Source: Octopus sinensis
Lineage: Eukaryota
DNA length: 64,000 nt
NCBI RefSeq assembly: GCF_006345805.1
Contig: NC_043003.1
Coordinates: 55,118,001-55,182,000 of the forward strand
Reading direction: 5' to 3'
Below the pieces are notes generated by a model, which worked only from the letters and a program-made list of their open reading frames with translations, did not search any database and was not told the origin of the DNA. Made by a program: the position numbers and the translations under genes. This document shows positions 12,311-25,920 of this stretch, piece after piece; within the stretch, counting starts at the first letter, position 1, and each line of letters starts with the position of its first letter.

Positions 12311-12914
12311 AAAAGAAAAATATGGCAATTTGCTGCAGTTCAATTCATACCTCATGTTTATCGGAATCACATTCATTAAAGCCATGGCTTCTATTTAAAG
12401 CTGTATATATTGTAAAATGAATGGGGGAAAGTGAGAGAAAGAGAGAAATAGGTTGTAGATAGCAAGTTGCAGTACATAATTAATAAGTGTAGGAGGAGTG
12501 TAGGAGAATAAAGAGAAGTAGAAATATGTAGGAAGAGGCATCGAATATGGAACTGTAATGCTAAAGTAAGCTAAAAGAGACGCAGCATTAGGATTAGTAA
12601 AATATAAGAAACCGTGCATGAATGAGAATTACAGCGGAAGTCTAGAAAGGGAGACGGAGAAAGTAGCATCAAGAAAATTGATTCTTTGTAACATAAAAAA
12701 TTGTGCATATAATTCTCCCCAATATTTATTAAAGCTGAACTTTATCTATTTTAATTGTCTCTTATAAAACAGAACACTGCCTCGGTAGATAAAAAAGGCT
12801 TTCGTTACGAATTTCGAAATTTTCGAAATTTGCAGCGAAAGGCACCAATGCAGATATGATGTCAAATTCAGTTTAAACAATAAACATTTAATGAAGATTT
12901 TATGTATTCTGTAG

Positions 12915-12928
12915 ATATCTATCTGTCT

Positions 12929-13025
<97 letters not shown>

Positions 13026-13075
13026 TTGTATATATATATATAGAGAGAGACATGTATATATATATATATATAAAT
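12915..13075. repeat. (TATC)n/(TA)n microsatellite
   Basis: Direct reading of the sequence. Confidence 0.95.
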
Positions 13076-13164
13076 AAATCGAGTTAACGCAGGTGTTATT
13101 CAAATTCTTTTACTTCTGACACATGTTTCGAAGATATCATTGGTATTATTCCAAAGGAATAAAA

Positions 13165-13896
13165 TGGTGTCACTTGTTTACCGAGGGTAAGCCATTCCTT
13201 ACGCTGCTTCATATTGATGTACACGCACCAATTTTTGTCGCCAAAAAGGATTCGGTAAAGAAATCGTTGCTTGTGTCCATGTGTTGAGCGGTGACGATCA
13301 AGCAAACCAGCGGAGATTGTGGCTCGTTGATTTTTCTTGTTGTCACTTAAAGCATGTGGAACCTAGGCTCCATACTTCTGAACCTTTCCCATCGAGTTAA
13401 GATGATTTTCTATAGCAGTGTTGGAGCATTCCTTTTTCTTTACCAGTTCCCTTGTCGTTCGACGAGAATTTTCGTGCAAAGGTTGGTTTAATCGCTCTTC
13501 ATTGAACTCAACTGGGCGGCCAGAACGAGGTGCGTCTTTGAGGTCAAAATTTCCATATTTGACCTTGGCATACCAATTACGACCGGTTCTTTCAGCTATG
13601 GCACCTTCTCCATACACAGCACAAATGTCACGAGCAGCTTTTACGGCCTTAGAATCTTGATTAAAAACAAAAAGAAGGAGGTGTCTAAAATGCTCGTTTT
13701 TCTTAACCTGAAATTCTATATTACTGATCTGAAAATAAACAAAAACTAACTAAAATTAACTAGAAAAAAAACCGAAATAGATTCCAAAATGATTCAAAAA
13801 TAGAATTCTGGGAAAAAAATATATTCCAAAACTTAAAAAAGTAATAAATTCCAAAATTAAAAAAGAAAGACGGTGGGAACTTGGTTGCCAACCCAA
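13165..13896 (-). mobile_element. 5' half of a mariner transposon (SETMAR/cecropia-like) with left TIR
   Basis: TIR TTGGGTTGGCAACCAAGTTCCCACCG (reverse complement of 13871-13896) next to TA. Translation EHFRHLLLF...YGEGAIAERTGRNW...DAPRSGRP...WVPHALS...FLYRILFGDKNWC. Truncated at about 13165. Confidence 0.85.
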
Positions 13897-13908
13897 TATA
13901 TATATATT

Positions 13909-14202
13909 GTGGCACTCTGTCGGTTGATTAGATGAAAGGAACAGCTTGTGTGAAAGGTTAACGTGCAAGTAGCTGATCACTCCGCAACACAGACACACAT
14001 TTATCGCAGTCTTTAGAGGAACTGAGTGTGACAAAAATGTGCAAGGTCGTTCCTTTAAAATAGAGGAACCACATACTTTTGCAAGCTGAATAAACTGGAC
14101 TGGCGTGAAACAAACTTCGTTTCTCAAGGACACAACGTGCCGCTGGGAAACGAACTCCCGAGTTCGAGCTGAATACCCAAATCACTACGTCACAGGTCTT
14201 CA
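13909..14202 (-). mobile_element. Decayed tRNA-derived SINE (H1-C1-T2)
   Basis: Aligns along its length with 55918-56239. Confidence 0.7.
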
Positions 14203-15109
14203 TATACACATGTACATACATACATACATACATGCATACATACATGCATGCATGCGTGTGCGTGTGTGCGAGCGTGAGTGTGTGTGTGAGCGTGTTTGTG
14301 TTTGTTTGTTAGTGTGTGTGTCGGGAGAGAAACTGACAGATAGTTACTCATAAGAAGACATAGAGATGCTTACGTATCACTTTATATTTAGCTTGCTGTT
14401 GCTTGTGTGTATTTGTGTGTGTAGTTGTGCGTGTGTTTGTGTGTGCATGTTTGTGTGTGTATTTGTATGCATTTGTATGCGTTTGTTTGTGTATGTGCGT
14501 GTACTGCTTAACATACGCGGAAGGGAAATTAGGACGAAGACTGATAGGCAGAAAGACAAAAAATCATACAGATAACTGAATACATACAGACGTACCAAGA
14601 AAGATATAAAGGATGAAAGCGAACGATAGTATGTCAGCGTGTATGTCAAACTAAGTAAAGCGTAGGAAATTATGCTAAAACAAACCCAGATATTCTATAT
14701 GTAACAATATACCTCAATTTATGAAGGAATGTATTTTCCAATTGAATGCATATGTATGTGAATGCATGTACATTTGCCTCAGTATAATATTTCTCGATGT
14801 GTCTAACTGTTTGTGTGATTCCTTGTCGGTCTGTCTCTGCCCTTGTCTCTCTCTGTCTGAGACTCTCCTGTAAGTAGAAAACCACAGAACAATAAATCTT
14901 CATAAACCTTATGTGCATATGAACAAATGTATATATGTATATGAACAAATATACACACCCATACACACCCTCACTCAAATGTACAATTACAGACCATGAA
15001 GCAGACACAAACAAACACACAAACACAAAAGGAATACGCACTCATACATTTACTCACGTATATATATATCATATATATATATTTATATATATTTATATAC
15101 ACCCTATAT

Positions 15110-15163
<54 letters not shown>

Positions 15164-16678
15164 CTTATATATATATATACACACATATATAAATACATAC
15201 ATATATATACATACATATACATATACATATATATAGTCGTATATATATATAGATATATATATATATAGATAGATAGATATGTATATATATATATGTATAT
15301 ATATACATGTGTATATATATATATATATATAGTTAGATATATGCACAATCACGCACATACCCACATATAAACACGTACCTACAAACATAAATACGTGTGT
15401 CCGTATGTCTTTGTATTTATCTGTGTGTGTGTGCGTGTGCGTATATGTATGTGTTAGTGTGTGTTTAATGTGTGTGTGTGTTGATTACTGATAATTTTCT
15501 TTTATAATTGAATGAAAGGAGTAATATATGCAGGAAAATGTGTTTGTCTATAGTACTAGTAACCGAAGTCTCTTGAATCATCACGCTGATTTACATTTTA
15601 GAAACTGTTCATACAAGGAGGAAGATGACAATATTTATGAACAAATATTCATAAACATAAAGTCATATATGATTGCCACCTCAATAAACGGCTTGGAAAA
15701 TGTATCACATATTCATCTACTCATCTATTATTAGCAAAACCTAAACACCCACACACACACCCACACACGCACTCATACTCATATATGTTAATCAAAAATA
15801 TGTTATATATTCGTATCGTAAGTATCACGTGAAAAACGTAAAAATACAAGGAAGGAGGACATTGTTAATGCAGTTATCATGTTGCTATAAAATACAAGGC
15901 ATTAGTTTATAGTAATGATGTTTTTAGAAGCAGTTTCGGTAAGAGTACAAAATCGCCTATCACAACAATATAGGGCTATAACAGTTAAGGTACCATTTTA
16001 ATGAAGTACCTTTTCAAACAGAAAAATTGCGAGCCTTCACTATTAAGTTTTCTTGAATTAAAACGGTTAATGGAGGTTGCATAATTTTCAGAAGAAAACC
16101 TTACATTAATGGGACTTCTATTAAAAATTTTATGGTAACTACGATACATCTCAAAATGGAAAGAGATTAAACTGAAGCATTTTGTGGCAATATATGAGCG
16201 TACTTTTAATCTAAAAGCTAAATTATGCCATACAATATTTATTGATATATCTTTACATTTGGGGATATTAGTGTGCGTTCTGTGTCTTTTAATTTATCTA
16301 CAAAGCCACTATTACAAAACCTCGTTACACGAATGAAAAGCAGTAATGGACCAAGCCTCATCTGAAAACAATGATGCTCAAAGTTTACCAATATTAGAGA
16401 CTAAATATCTTAGAATGGTGGTGGGGAGTGTCATACTAAACCTTATTTACCTAAAATAATCATTAATTGGGTTTTCAGCAAGAGTAACATTTGTTTTAAA
16501 GTAATATCCATAAAATAAATTCTATTAAGATTAGTGTCACCTCTAATTCGTAAACTTATTCCACTAAATAGTTTTATGAGCGTCCTTTTGTAAATCTACC
16601 AATCTTGTAACTGTTCATTCGGTGCGAATCTTTCATTTCCGTTCTATCTCTCTCTCTCTCTCTCTCGTCTCTCTGTCA

Positions 16679-16709
<31 letters not shown>

Positions 16710-17424
16710 TATATATATATATGTATATGTATATAGGTGCATATATTTTTATAATGTATGCATAAGTATCCATACATTGGTATATGCTTAGTATGTGTAT
16801 GTGTATGTATACGTATACATATATACACATATCTATTTGGATTGAAATGCATACATGTTTCCGTATATTTGTGTGCCTGTGTGGGTGTGGTCGTGTGTCT
16901 GTTTGCTAGTATGCATTCGAAAATGTCTGTGAAAATCTCTCCCACCACTCTATTCTTACTATCTCTGTCTGTGAGTCTGTCTGTATGTCTCTCTCTTTCT
17001 CTCTCTTTCTCTCTCGTTTTCTTTTTGTCTACAAAAGTGTTATAAGTGCTATTGGTAATGCTATTATCTAAAATATATATGTAGCAGTAGAGGCAACGTA
17101 TAGAGAAGAACTTATCATCTCTTCCTAGTCGTTTCTTTGTTCTATCAAGAGAATATTACATTCGAATTAATAACATTTATCGACAAAATTATTCTATTAT
17201 TGCAAATTGTCCAACAATTCTTTTCTAGTTTCACATATTTTCTTTTATCTTTTTCTCTGTACATTTTTGTTTTCTTTTATTTTCTTTTTCTCCTGCTCCG
17301 TTTTACGAAACTATGGCTATTTTATCTATTTCACTATCTTTGGCTTTATGATGTTAGATTTATAGCTTGTCATTTAGCGAAAGCGATATTAGAATTTATG
17401 CTTTGGCTTTTATCTTTTACGTAG

Positions 17425-17610
17425 TCATTGGACTACGGCCATGCTGTGCTCCGTTTTGAAGGGTCTAGTCGGAATAATCGACCCTAGTATTTGTTATTTG
17501 TTTTTAGCTTGTTACTTATTGTATTGGTTGGTGACTTACGCTGAACTGCTAGGTTACGGAAACGCAAATGAACCGACCTCAGTTGTCAAGCGAAGTGTGT
17601 GTGCTAGGAG
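17425..17610 (-). mobile_element. SINE fragment (family of 63632-64000)
   Basis: GTCATTGGACTACGGCCATGCTG...AATCGACCCTAG...GCTAGGTTACGGA...GTTGTCAAGCG matches 63658-63820. Confidence 0.65.
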
Positions 17611-17845
17611 AGTAGGAAGGGACAGGACACGGATATTTGGGGAATAATTGTAACTATTGATTTTGTTAACCTCAGGTTAAAACATGATTAGTGACGTTCC
17701 TAGTCATGACCATCTCCTCTGTACTTTGTTTTGTCGGACATTACATAAAGCGTGCTTCATTATTTGTCTACGTTATACTTAAAACATGTCGAATAGCCAT
17801 ATAAAGGCGTATATCTCGACTTCTTTGAACACTAATTAGCTGTTG

Positions 17846-17902
<57 letters not shown>

Positions 17903-18392
17903 ATATATATAAAGATATGCATATATACACGGGCACACATACATACACATGCACATACACACATTACTATGAAGCCCATAACCTTTCCCAGAGAGCCACT
18001 TCACCTATTTTCCCTCTGTGAAATCTTCCTTTTTGTTTAACTTTTTCAAAAGTGGTTTGTTCTTCCCGAACTTCTTCAATCATTACAGAACAATATATTG
18101 GCACTCATTCTGAGTTACTGAGATAATTGTGGCTACAATATGTTTTTAATGCTAAATGTTACATAGCGCTTGCCTTGCTATGTTCTATGTTTTGCCCTAT
18201 ACTCAGTGTGGTATCGTTAACTAGGTACAGCACAGCGATATGTTCATGACTTTCGGTGGACATAAGACTTAAACAGTTTTCTACAAATTTCTTGACTTCA
18301 TTAATCTTTCCATTAAATCTGTGTTTACCATCAGTCCATCACGTGATATAAACATGATGACCGGCCATGATACGAACATTGTGACTACTCAC

Positions 18393-18452
18393 GGTTAAAC
18401 ATGCTTTCCAATAGTTTTGATCATTAATTTCATATTTATTGCTTCCAAATAT
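18393..18452 (-). CDS. Candidate internal exon (IFGSNKYEINDQNYWKACLT), protein unknown
   Basis: Acceptor ...tttattcccAG, donor ACC|GTGAGT, 60 nt, open in only one frame (phase 0-0). No homology recognised. Confidence 0.3.
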
Positions 18453-19034
18453 CTGGGAATAAACGTATAAACAGAGATGTGTCAGACAGTTTTAAACGGA
18501 TTTGCCGAGCCTTCTGTCTTATAAGTAAAGCAGGTAAACTTAAAACTGATCCCATTCTATCAAGAGGATATCTTCCAATATTTTGTACTATCTTTCATCA
18601 GTTCCTACGTCAGTGGAAATTTGAAACTGCAGCAATCTATTTCAAAGCATAGTTATGCTATCGTTTGCTTTACCTTCTCGTAGATTAAGTTACTTTGGCA
18701 AAATTATGTAACTTAATTACTTTTCTTTGAAATTCCTCAATATTAAAAGTACATTATTTTTGATAATGGAGTAAAAGCTAGTTTAATATTATATCTAAAC
18801 GCATTGCCGTATGCGTGAGTATTGGTGTTAAAGTTGCTGTTAAAAATAATTTAGCAAACTAGCAATATTTTTTAATATTACATATTCATATAAATCGTTG
18901 TAATTATTCATTCATTTGTAAATTTTGTTTATGCTTTGTCTAATTTGCATTGGGCAATAGAGAATATTGCTTTCAAACTTTGGCAGAGGGAACCAATTTT
19001 GGGTGGTGGGATAGTCATTAACATTTTATTATTT

Positions 19035-19135
19035 ATTTTATTGACCCCGAAAGGATGAAAGACAAGAAAGGAAAAATAAAAAGGAAACGGACGAAATGCT
19101 GCTAAGCATTTTTCCCGGCGTGCTAACGATCCTGA
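19035..19135 (-). mobile_element. SINE fragment (37380 family)
   Basis: TTGACCCCGAAAGGATGAAAG...GACGAAATGCTGCTAAGCATTTTTCCCGGCGTGCTAACG. Confidence 0.55.
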
Positions 19136-19599
19136 CACACCAAACTTTACTAATATGTATGTTTAAAATAAACCCCACAAACTCGTAAATATATAATTTT
19201 AGAAGGTGTATCTTATGTTCCAAGTAGAAATTACACATTTAACATAAACACATGCAAGAATGGATATCGATAGAGTAAGTACCAGACTTAATGAAATATT
19301 CACTGGTGCTAATATGAGATATGAAGACGCATGAAAGATATCCATCAGCTTCTTCACAAACCTGTGACATAAATCAGGGAAGGAATCGGAATATCCAGAG
19401 AGCAAACATTGTCAGATAATTTTCGCTTAGCTTAGCTACTTCCTTTGAGTAATTAAGATGCCTTCCTTGCAGAGGATTAGGAAAAACTCATAAGCTTTAT
19501 CTTTAACGCATGGATGTATAATTTACAGTCGCATATGAAGTTATGAAGATCATATACACATATATGGATGGAAGTGTATGTGTAAGCATACCTTACATA

Positions 19600-19607
19600 T
19601 ATAAATA

Positions 19608-19651
<44 letters not shown>

Positions 19652-19786
19652 ATATTATATATATATTGATACATATATTTGCATATATGTATGTATCTCT
19701 GTATCAATCAATCGATCTATCTATATATATATATATATATATACATATGATATATATATATATGCACATGAATGCATGTATATATA

Positions 19787-19826
<40 letters not shown>

Positions 19827-19835
19827 TATATATAT

Positions 19836-19872
<37 letters not shown>

Positions 19873-19912
19873 AAATTATATATATATATATTATATATAT
19901 ATATAATATATA

Positions 19913-19974
<62 letters not shown>

Positions 19975-19988
19975 TATATAATATATAT

Positions 19989-20035
<47 letters not shown>
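19600..20035. repeat. Long (TA)n-dominated compound microsatellite
   Basis: Direct reading. Similar arrays at about 445-570, 6200-6330, 6505-6675, 9660-9900, 15060-15340, 20740-20990, 35410-35900, 54990-55310 and 58610-58735. Confidence 0.95.
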
Positions 20036-20038
<3 letters not shown>

Positions 20039-20750
20039 TGTTTCACTCATGTGTGCGTATTTATGCGAGATATTACTAGCCTGCGTATGTATTATACACA
20101 TCAGATTAGTTTCAGATAAGCATATAAACTGTTTATGTATTCAAAATTATTTATGTACAAATGCAACATAAATTACCATTTGTGCGTATATAATAGAAAC
20201 AGATGAGTATGAATATATACCTACCAACACGCAAAAGTTCGCGTGCGCGTGTAAGTGGGGTAGCAGAATATATCAATTTGTTTTGTAACAGATGGGGTTG
20301 CGGCGAAAATTATTCAATCGAAAATTAAATCAAAACTATATAAAGAAAATGGGGTAAAGGTATACCACATATATGGGTATAAATAAGGTGAAGAATGAGT
20401 GCAAGTCAGTGTAAACGAATATAAATTTACCAGATGTGATTATATTTAAGTAATTATTGGTAACCTGAGATGAATTTAACTGGAGAGAGGGATCGAGAGA
20501 GTGCCACGACAAAAAGTTGATGTATTTGTTTCTCTAATTTTCTATCTATCAACGAATCAATCAAACCAACAGTATATATATATATATATCGATCTTTAAG
20601 TTCGTAATGCGCGCCTCATGATCGCTCTGGTGCGAAACTCGAGTCGCAAGACAAGTTATGAGATTCGGATTTGATTATATATATGTCCCTCAGATTGTGT
20701 GAGTGTGTGTTTGTTTTTGTTTGTGGGTGTGTATGCGTCTATCTATCTAC

Positions 20751-20877
<127 letters not shown>

Positions 20878-20907
20878 ACACATTTATATAGACATATATA
20901 TATTTAC

Positions 20908-20938
<31 letters not shown>

Positions 20939-21384
20939 CATATACATACATATATATATACATATATAAGTATGTATATATATATACATGTGTGTGTGTT
21001 TGTTTGTGCGCGCGCGTTTGTATATATGCATAAGCATATATGCATGTGTGTGTATATTTATCGATATGTTTACAAAACACACACACACATATATTTATGG
21101 ATGTATACATATGTATATACATTCATACGTATATCTTTTTATGTAAATGTCTACTTGTGTTCAGTTAAATTATGTACGAATGCTGGGTTTATTTTTATGC
21201 ATCCATATTTTTATATTAAACTCTTTGAGTGTGTATATATATATATACTTTTACTTTTATACTTTCACACGTTTCAGCCCTAAGACTGTACATGTATGTG
21301 TATGCATGTATTTGGGAATATACATATACATAAATACATGCACATACTCACTCACACACACACAGATGCACACAGACACACACA

Positions 21385-21439
<55 letters not shown>

Positions 21440-22444
21440 TTCTGAGTGCGTTGATAAAACTGTTTACATGTATGGGTGTTATCATTGCGTATATATGGAG
21501 ATTCTGGGTAAATGGCTAGTAGTAGTGAAGAGAGGAGAATTAAAAATATCAATAGATAGACAGTTTAAATAGATCTGAGGAAGGTTGCTTAAGATCCCTT
21601 AAGACCGTCTATTTGTTTTACTGATCTAAATGATTTCGTTCCACAACAGTACTTAGACCAAACTGCTTGAGAGAAAAGAACCCTTAGATAAAGCAGTGTC
21701 GGGAGACATAAAAGAGATTATAACTGACAAATCTAATCTGCTTCTAGTATTTTTGGGCGAAGCTTTGAATACAGACGTTATGGGGAAAAACTGTTTGAAG
21801 ATGGAAGTTTAGCTTAATATATGTATCGTTTATTATCGTATACTGCTTACTATAGCTTAATTCTCTTAACATAAAAAGAATATTGATACAAAGCAAAACA
21901 GTCTTAGTAAGAAAGGAATGCATCTGAGTTTGTTGCTAATTTGAAGTGTCGGTACGTTGAGATATTAATTGTTGCATTGTTTGGTTGCATGGTTTGTTGG
22001 TTGGTGGTAGGCTGTTGTATTAGCAAAATGACTGGCTGTTTCAGTTATTTTCTCATAGATACGGCTGTGCATCCTGTTGTCTGCAAAGACGGAGTTGCTG
22101 ATAATGGTGGTATAATCAGTAGAAGCGAGAACTAAATTTTATGCGATATTTAGTTATTTGCGTTCTCATTCCTAGTGACATCGACGTAAAATTTTGTCGT
22201 TCATTTTATGCGCATTTTTGCTTTTGTTGTTTAGTTGTTAGTACCCGAGTAAATCTAATCATACAGACCTTTGAGCTATGGTCTTCTAGCCGTGACCACT
22301 CCGCCTGTTAAGTTTCTACAGAGTGTAACTTATATCCACCTTACCAGTTAACAGCAATCTCCCCAATGTGGATAAACTTGAAGTGATTGTCGTGGATGGA
22401 GGAAGACAGTCCACACTATTCCGGGATAGAGAAAATGAGTGGCA

Positions 22445-22670
22445 AGCTGAGAGACAGATATATTGGCAGACAGACAGATACAAAGGCATAGAGTTATACA
22501 GGCAGAGAAACAAATATATAGGCAGACATACAGATATTTAGACAGACAACCACATATATAAGACGACAGACAGATATATAGGCGGACATATATATAGACA
22601 GCCAGATATATTGACAGACAGATGTATAGGTAGTCAGATATATATATTGACAGACAAACAGATATTTACG
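22445..22670. repeat. Degenerate minisatellite, unit roughly GGCAGACAGACAGATATATA
   Basis: About 10 imperfect copies of an AGAC/ATAT composite unit. Confidence 0.7.
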
Positions 22671-23409
22671 AAGATTAGTTAATAGTTGACTTTTTAACAA
22701 TCGACTAATCGACCAACCAAGTGTGGATCACTCTATAACTTCCCTATTTAAGACAGCATGATGTACTTTGAATTAGAGAAGGTCAGGTCGCTGATTCTAA
22801 TAGGGAGACAAGTAAAATCTCTCTACAATATTTGCCAGCTCCGTTCAATACAATTGACTTTTCCATTCCATGGAAATGTGCGATCTTATTTACTTAGAAA
22901 AAACAACAACAAAAGGCAAAAATAAAAAAAGCATCAATTTCTAGTGCGGTTTTATTTTCGGGAAATGGGTCCTTGATCTCGTTGTTTAGAAAGTAGATCA
23001 ACACGTATGTTACCGAATTAGCGATAAACGAAAATGAGCACAATTTTAAGGTGAAACGCTTTAACCAGTCGTACAATATCTACTTAGCTGTTCACCCTTT
23101 CAGATGATTCGGAGTGATATTAGAGTTAATTGGCTATCATATGTAGTAGACTCAACAATCTTAATCTGTAATTGCTGTGTGTAGAGTAATTAGTAAGGGA
23201 AAATCTCATGTATTCGTGCGGTTGCTTTTAAGGAATTATTACACAAAATACAAAAAAGATGGGAAAATCATGGATGAAATGCTGCTGATTAGTAACAGTA
23301 CTAGCAACGAAAGCAATAAGCTATTAGAAGCGAAATATTGTAATAGTATCTCATTTATATAAGCTAACTCTATGTTCTTATTATGGCGAAGTAAATCGTA
23401 AGTACTTAC

Positions 23410-23438
23410 AGTCAGTGACACCATGCCTAAATAAGGAT
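23410..23438 (-). CDS. Candidate 29-nt internal exon (xPYLGMVSLT)
   Basis: Acceptor ...gtgtgttctgcAG, donor ACT|GTAAGT. Phase 1 to 0, compatible with the candidate exon at 18393-18452. Confidence 0.3.
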
Positions 23439-24274
23439 CTGCAGAACACACATAGAGAAACACACAAACATACACAAAATAGATTAAAAAAAAAATTCCC
23501 TTACTCTATTTAGAATTTGAGCTTAGTTTTCTCTATAAACAGGTAAACAAGTCTATTAAAAATTATTACAGAAAATTGATGTTGTTTACTATTTAATCGG
23601 TTAGATAATCTGCTTGTAAACGTTTACTAGTGAAATAATTAATTAATTTGAACAAGTAGCCAAGAGAAAGTTATTTATTTAAATAAAACTAATCGGTTGA
23701 ACTAATTCAATACACATTATGACTATATATATAGCAATCAGCTATATTTTTCCGCGTGGGCATATGGATATGTTATTCTATTTCTGATGAAAATCAGAGG
23801 AGATTTAGAAACAGTCGACGGAAAGATAAAAATAAATCATTTGTTTACAGTTGTCACAATACAGTAACGTTAGAGTGAAGTGTATTGTGAAAAATGGCTT
23901 CATGTGTATCACTTTACGCACATCCGCGCGCACATACATACACATACACGCACAGAAGCACACGCACACACACATAAGTGCACTAACGCGCATCGGTTTA
24001 CTAACACGCACACAAATTCTCTTTGTCGCACACATATACGTAAATAGATTAGATTGTGAGTTATGTTTCTAGGTCAGCCCTAATCAAATAGACATATATT
24101 CACAAAACGTTTGATTCCCACCAATCCCACACTTTAGTTACACTTTATCACAAATCGTATCTCTGATTTGATGAAGCTCTGGTTGCCATTTCAAGTCGGC
24201 CGTTTACAAGGTACAGTTTTGACTATATCTTTCATTTTGTAAGAAAGCAAATGATGATTTAGTGAAAGTGTGAA

Positions 24275-24525
24275 AGTTAGTGGTTGGAAAGTGGTGTCTT
24301 GATCATGAGATCGTTGGCTTGAAGACCTGTTGATGTCGTTTGTCCTCGAACTAGTCACTTCGTTGCAGGTTGCTCAAGTTTACTTAACTGAAAATGAGCT
24401 CCGACCTGACTAGAGTCATAGAGCCATGGCAGAGCTCTATTCCAGCTGTCATATAGTCAACCTTTTGCAATTTCAAGAGTGAGATGACTGAGCGGGGATC
24501 TAGGTCTACTTGTCCTTAAAAAGGC
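24275..24525 (+). mobile_element. Highly decayed tRNA-derived SINE
   Basis: GTTAGTGGTT...TTGATCATGAGATCG head remnant, GTTGCTCAAGTTTACTTAACTGAAAATGAG core remnant, and CTACTTGTCCTTAAAAAGG tail. Confidence 0.45.
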
Positions 24526-25713
24526 TCCATAGACACCTAAAACAACAAAAGCTTGATACATGTCACTAATTTCAACACGCTTGCAAATTCACGGCTGCGA
24601 CGTGTGATTTGCTAGCTGTAGCACTTACAATGACCGCAAAGGCTTCCTTTTGTGGTCTCATTATTATACTGTGTAAGATATAGATCCGAATTAACTCCAT
24701 TTCAGAAAAGTAAATATCTCATGTGTTTTCTTGCATTTTAAATATATTTTGTCTAACACATAAACGGGTATTTAGAGAGCATATAGGAAGTTTTACTTTT
24801 TGAAAGACAGAGAAATAATCAACGGAGCTAGGGATTAAAATCCCTTAATTTTATTTTGAAAACAACTATTCAAAAATGATTCTTGTGCAATCCTGTTCAA
24901 AAGAAAAGTCTGTTTGTCAATGGTTTATGTTTAGTTCACTTGTCTAAGAAAACAAACCCGAATGTCATATGATATAGGTTCACAGTTCTTCGGTTGCTCT
25001 TTCATAGTATTATATATTCCAGTCAACGCTTGCAAGATTCTTAAAGTGCCTCACTAAACAATATCTTGTTACTTCCTATTCTACAAAAATGTACCCACGA
25101 GCCATCCAAGATGGGATGGGAGCTCTGCTGTGTTACTTTGGCCTTATAGAAACAGAAGGTAAATCTTCTACAAATCACAAACGACTACATGTGTTAATAA
25201 AAGAAGAGGATGCACCAACAACGAAGCTTCAGGTACTAGCCATTCAACCTGCTAGAAATAGCAGCCATTCCTGTCGTTCTCTCTGTATTTTTCAAATCAA
25301 ACTTAACAATCTTCATAGAAACGAAGCATATTGGATAAAATATTCTTACGAAAACTAAATGTCATAATTTCTATGGTTGTATATTTTCGGTCATTGTTCT
25401 TCTTGATCAATACAGAGGTTGAACTAAAGAAAGAAAACAAAACACGAACATATGACTGAAATTTCAGTGGTGATGTGGATTGCGTATTAAACTGAAAGCA
25501 AACTATAAAAGATAGGATTTATCCTTTCGTTATTTTGGAGGTAGGCGTGGGATATTTTAAAAAAGTTTCCGTGGTAATTTAAGCGTTAGGTCGACCAAAT
25601 ACATGTTCAGCCTTTCACAGAATTATTTGTAGCATGTCTACAATAAAGTGAATTGCATTTAGTTTAAAACAAGAAAAATGAGTGATTCAATTACTATTAA
25701 AATTTAGGCCTAA

Positions 25714-25920
25714 GAAGGCAGCGAGGTGGTAGAATCGTTAGCACACAGGGTAACACGTTTAAGGGCATTTCGTTCGTCTTATCTTCTGAGTTCAAATTCC
25801 GCTGAGGTCTTTCATGTTCTCGAGGTCGATAAAATAAATACCAGTTAAGCACTTTAGTCGATGTAATCGACCTAATCTCCCCTGAAATCGCAGGCCTTGT
25901 GCCAAAATTTGAAACCAATA
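25714..25920 (+). mobile_element. SINE (AAGGCGGCGAGCTGGCAG family), monomer
   Basis: AAGGCAGCGAGGTGGTAGAATCGTTAGCAC...TTCTGAGTTCAAATTCCGCTGAGGTC...GGCCTTGTGCCAAAATTTGAAACCAATA. Confidence 0.75.

Noticed and set aside
19270-19348. Alternative minus-strand exon (RFVKKLMDIFHASSYLILAPVNISLSL) that also fits the phases
   Set aside because: The donor GTACTT is weak, and its fit shows how easily phase-compatible chains arise by chance.
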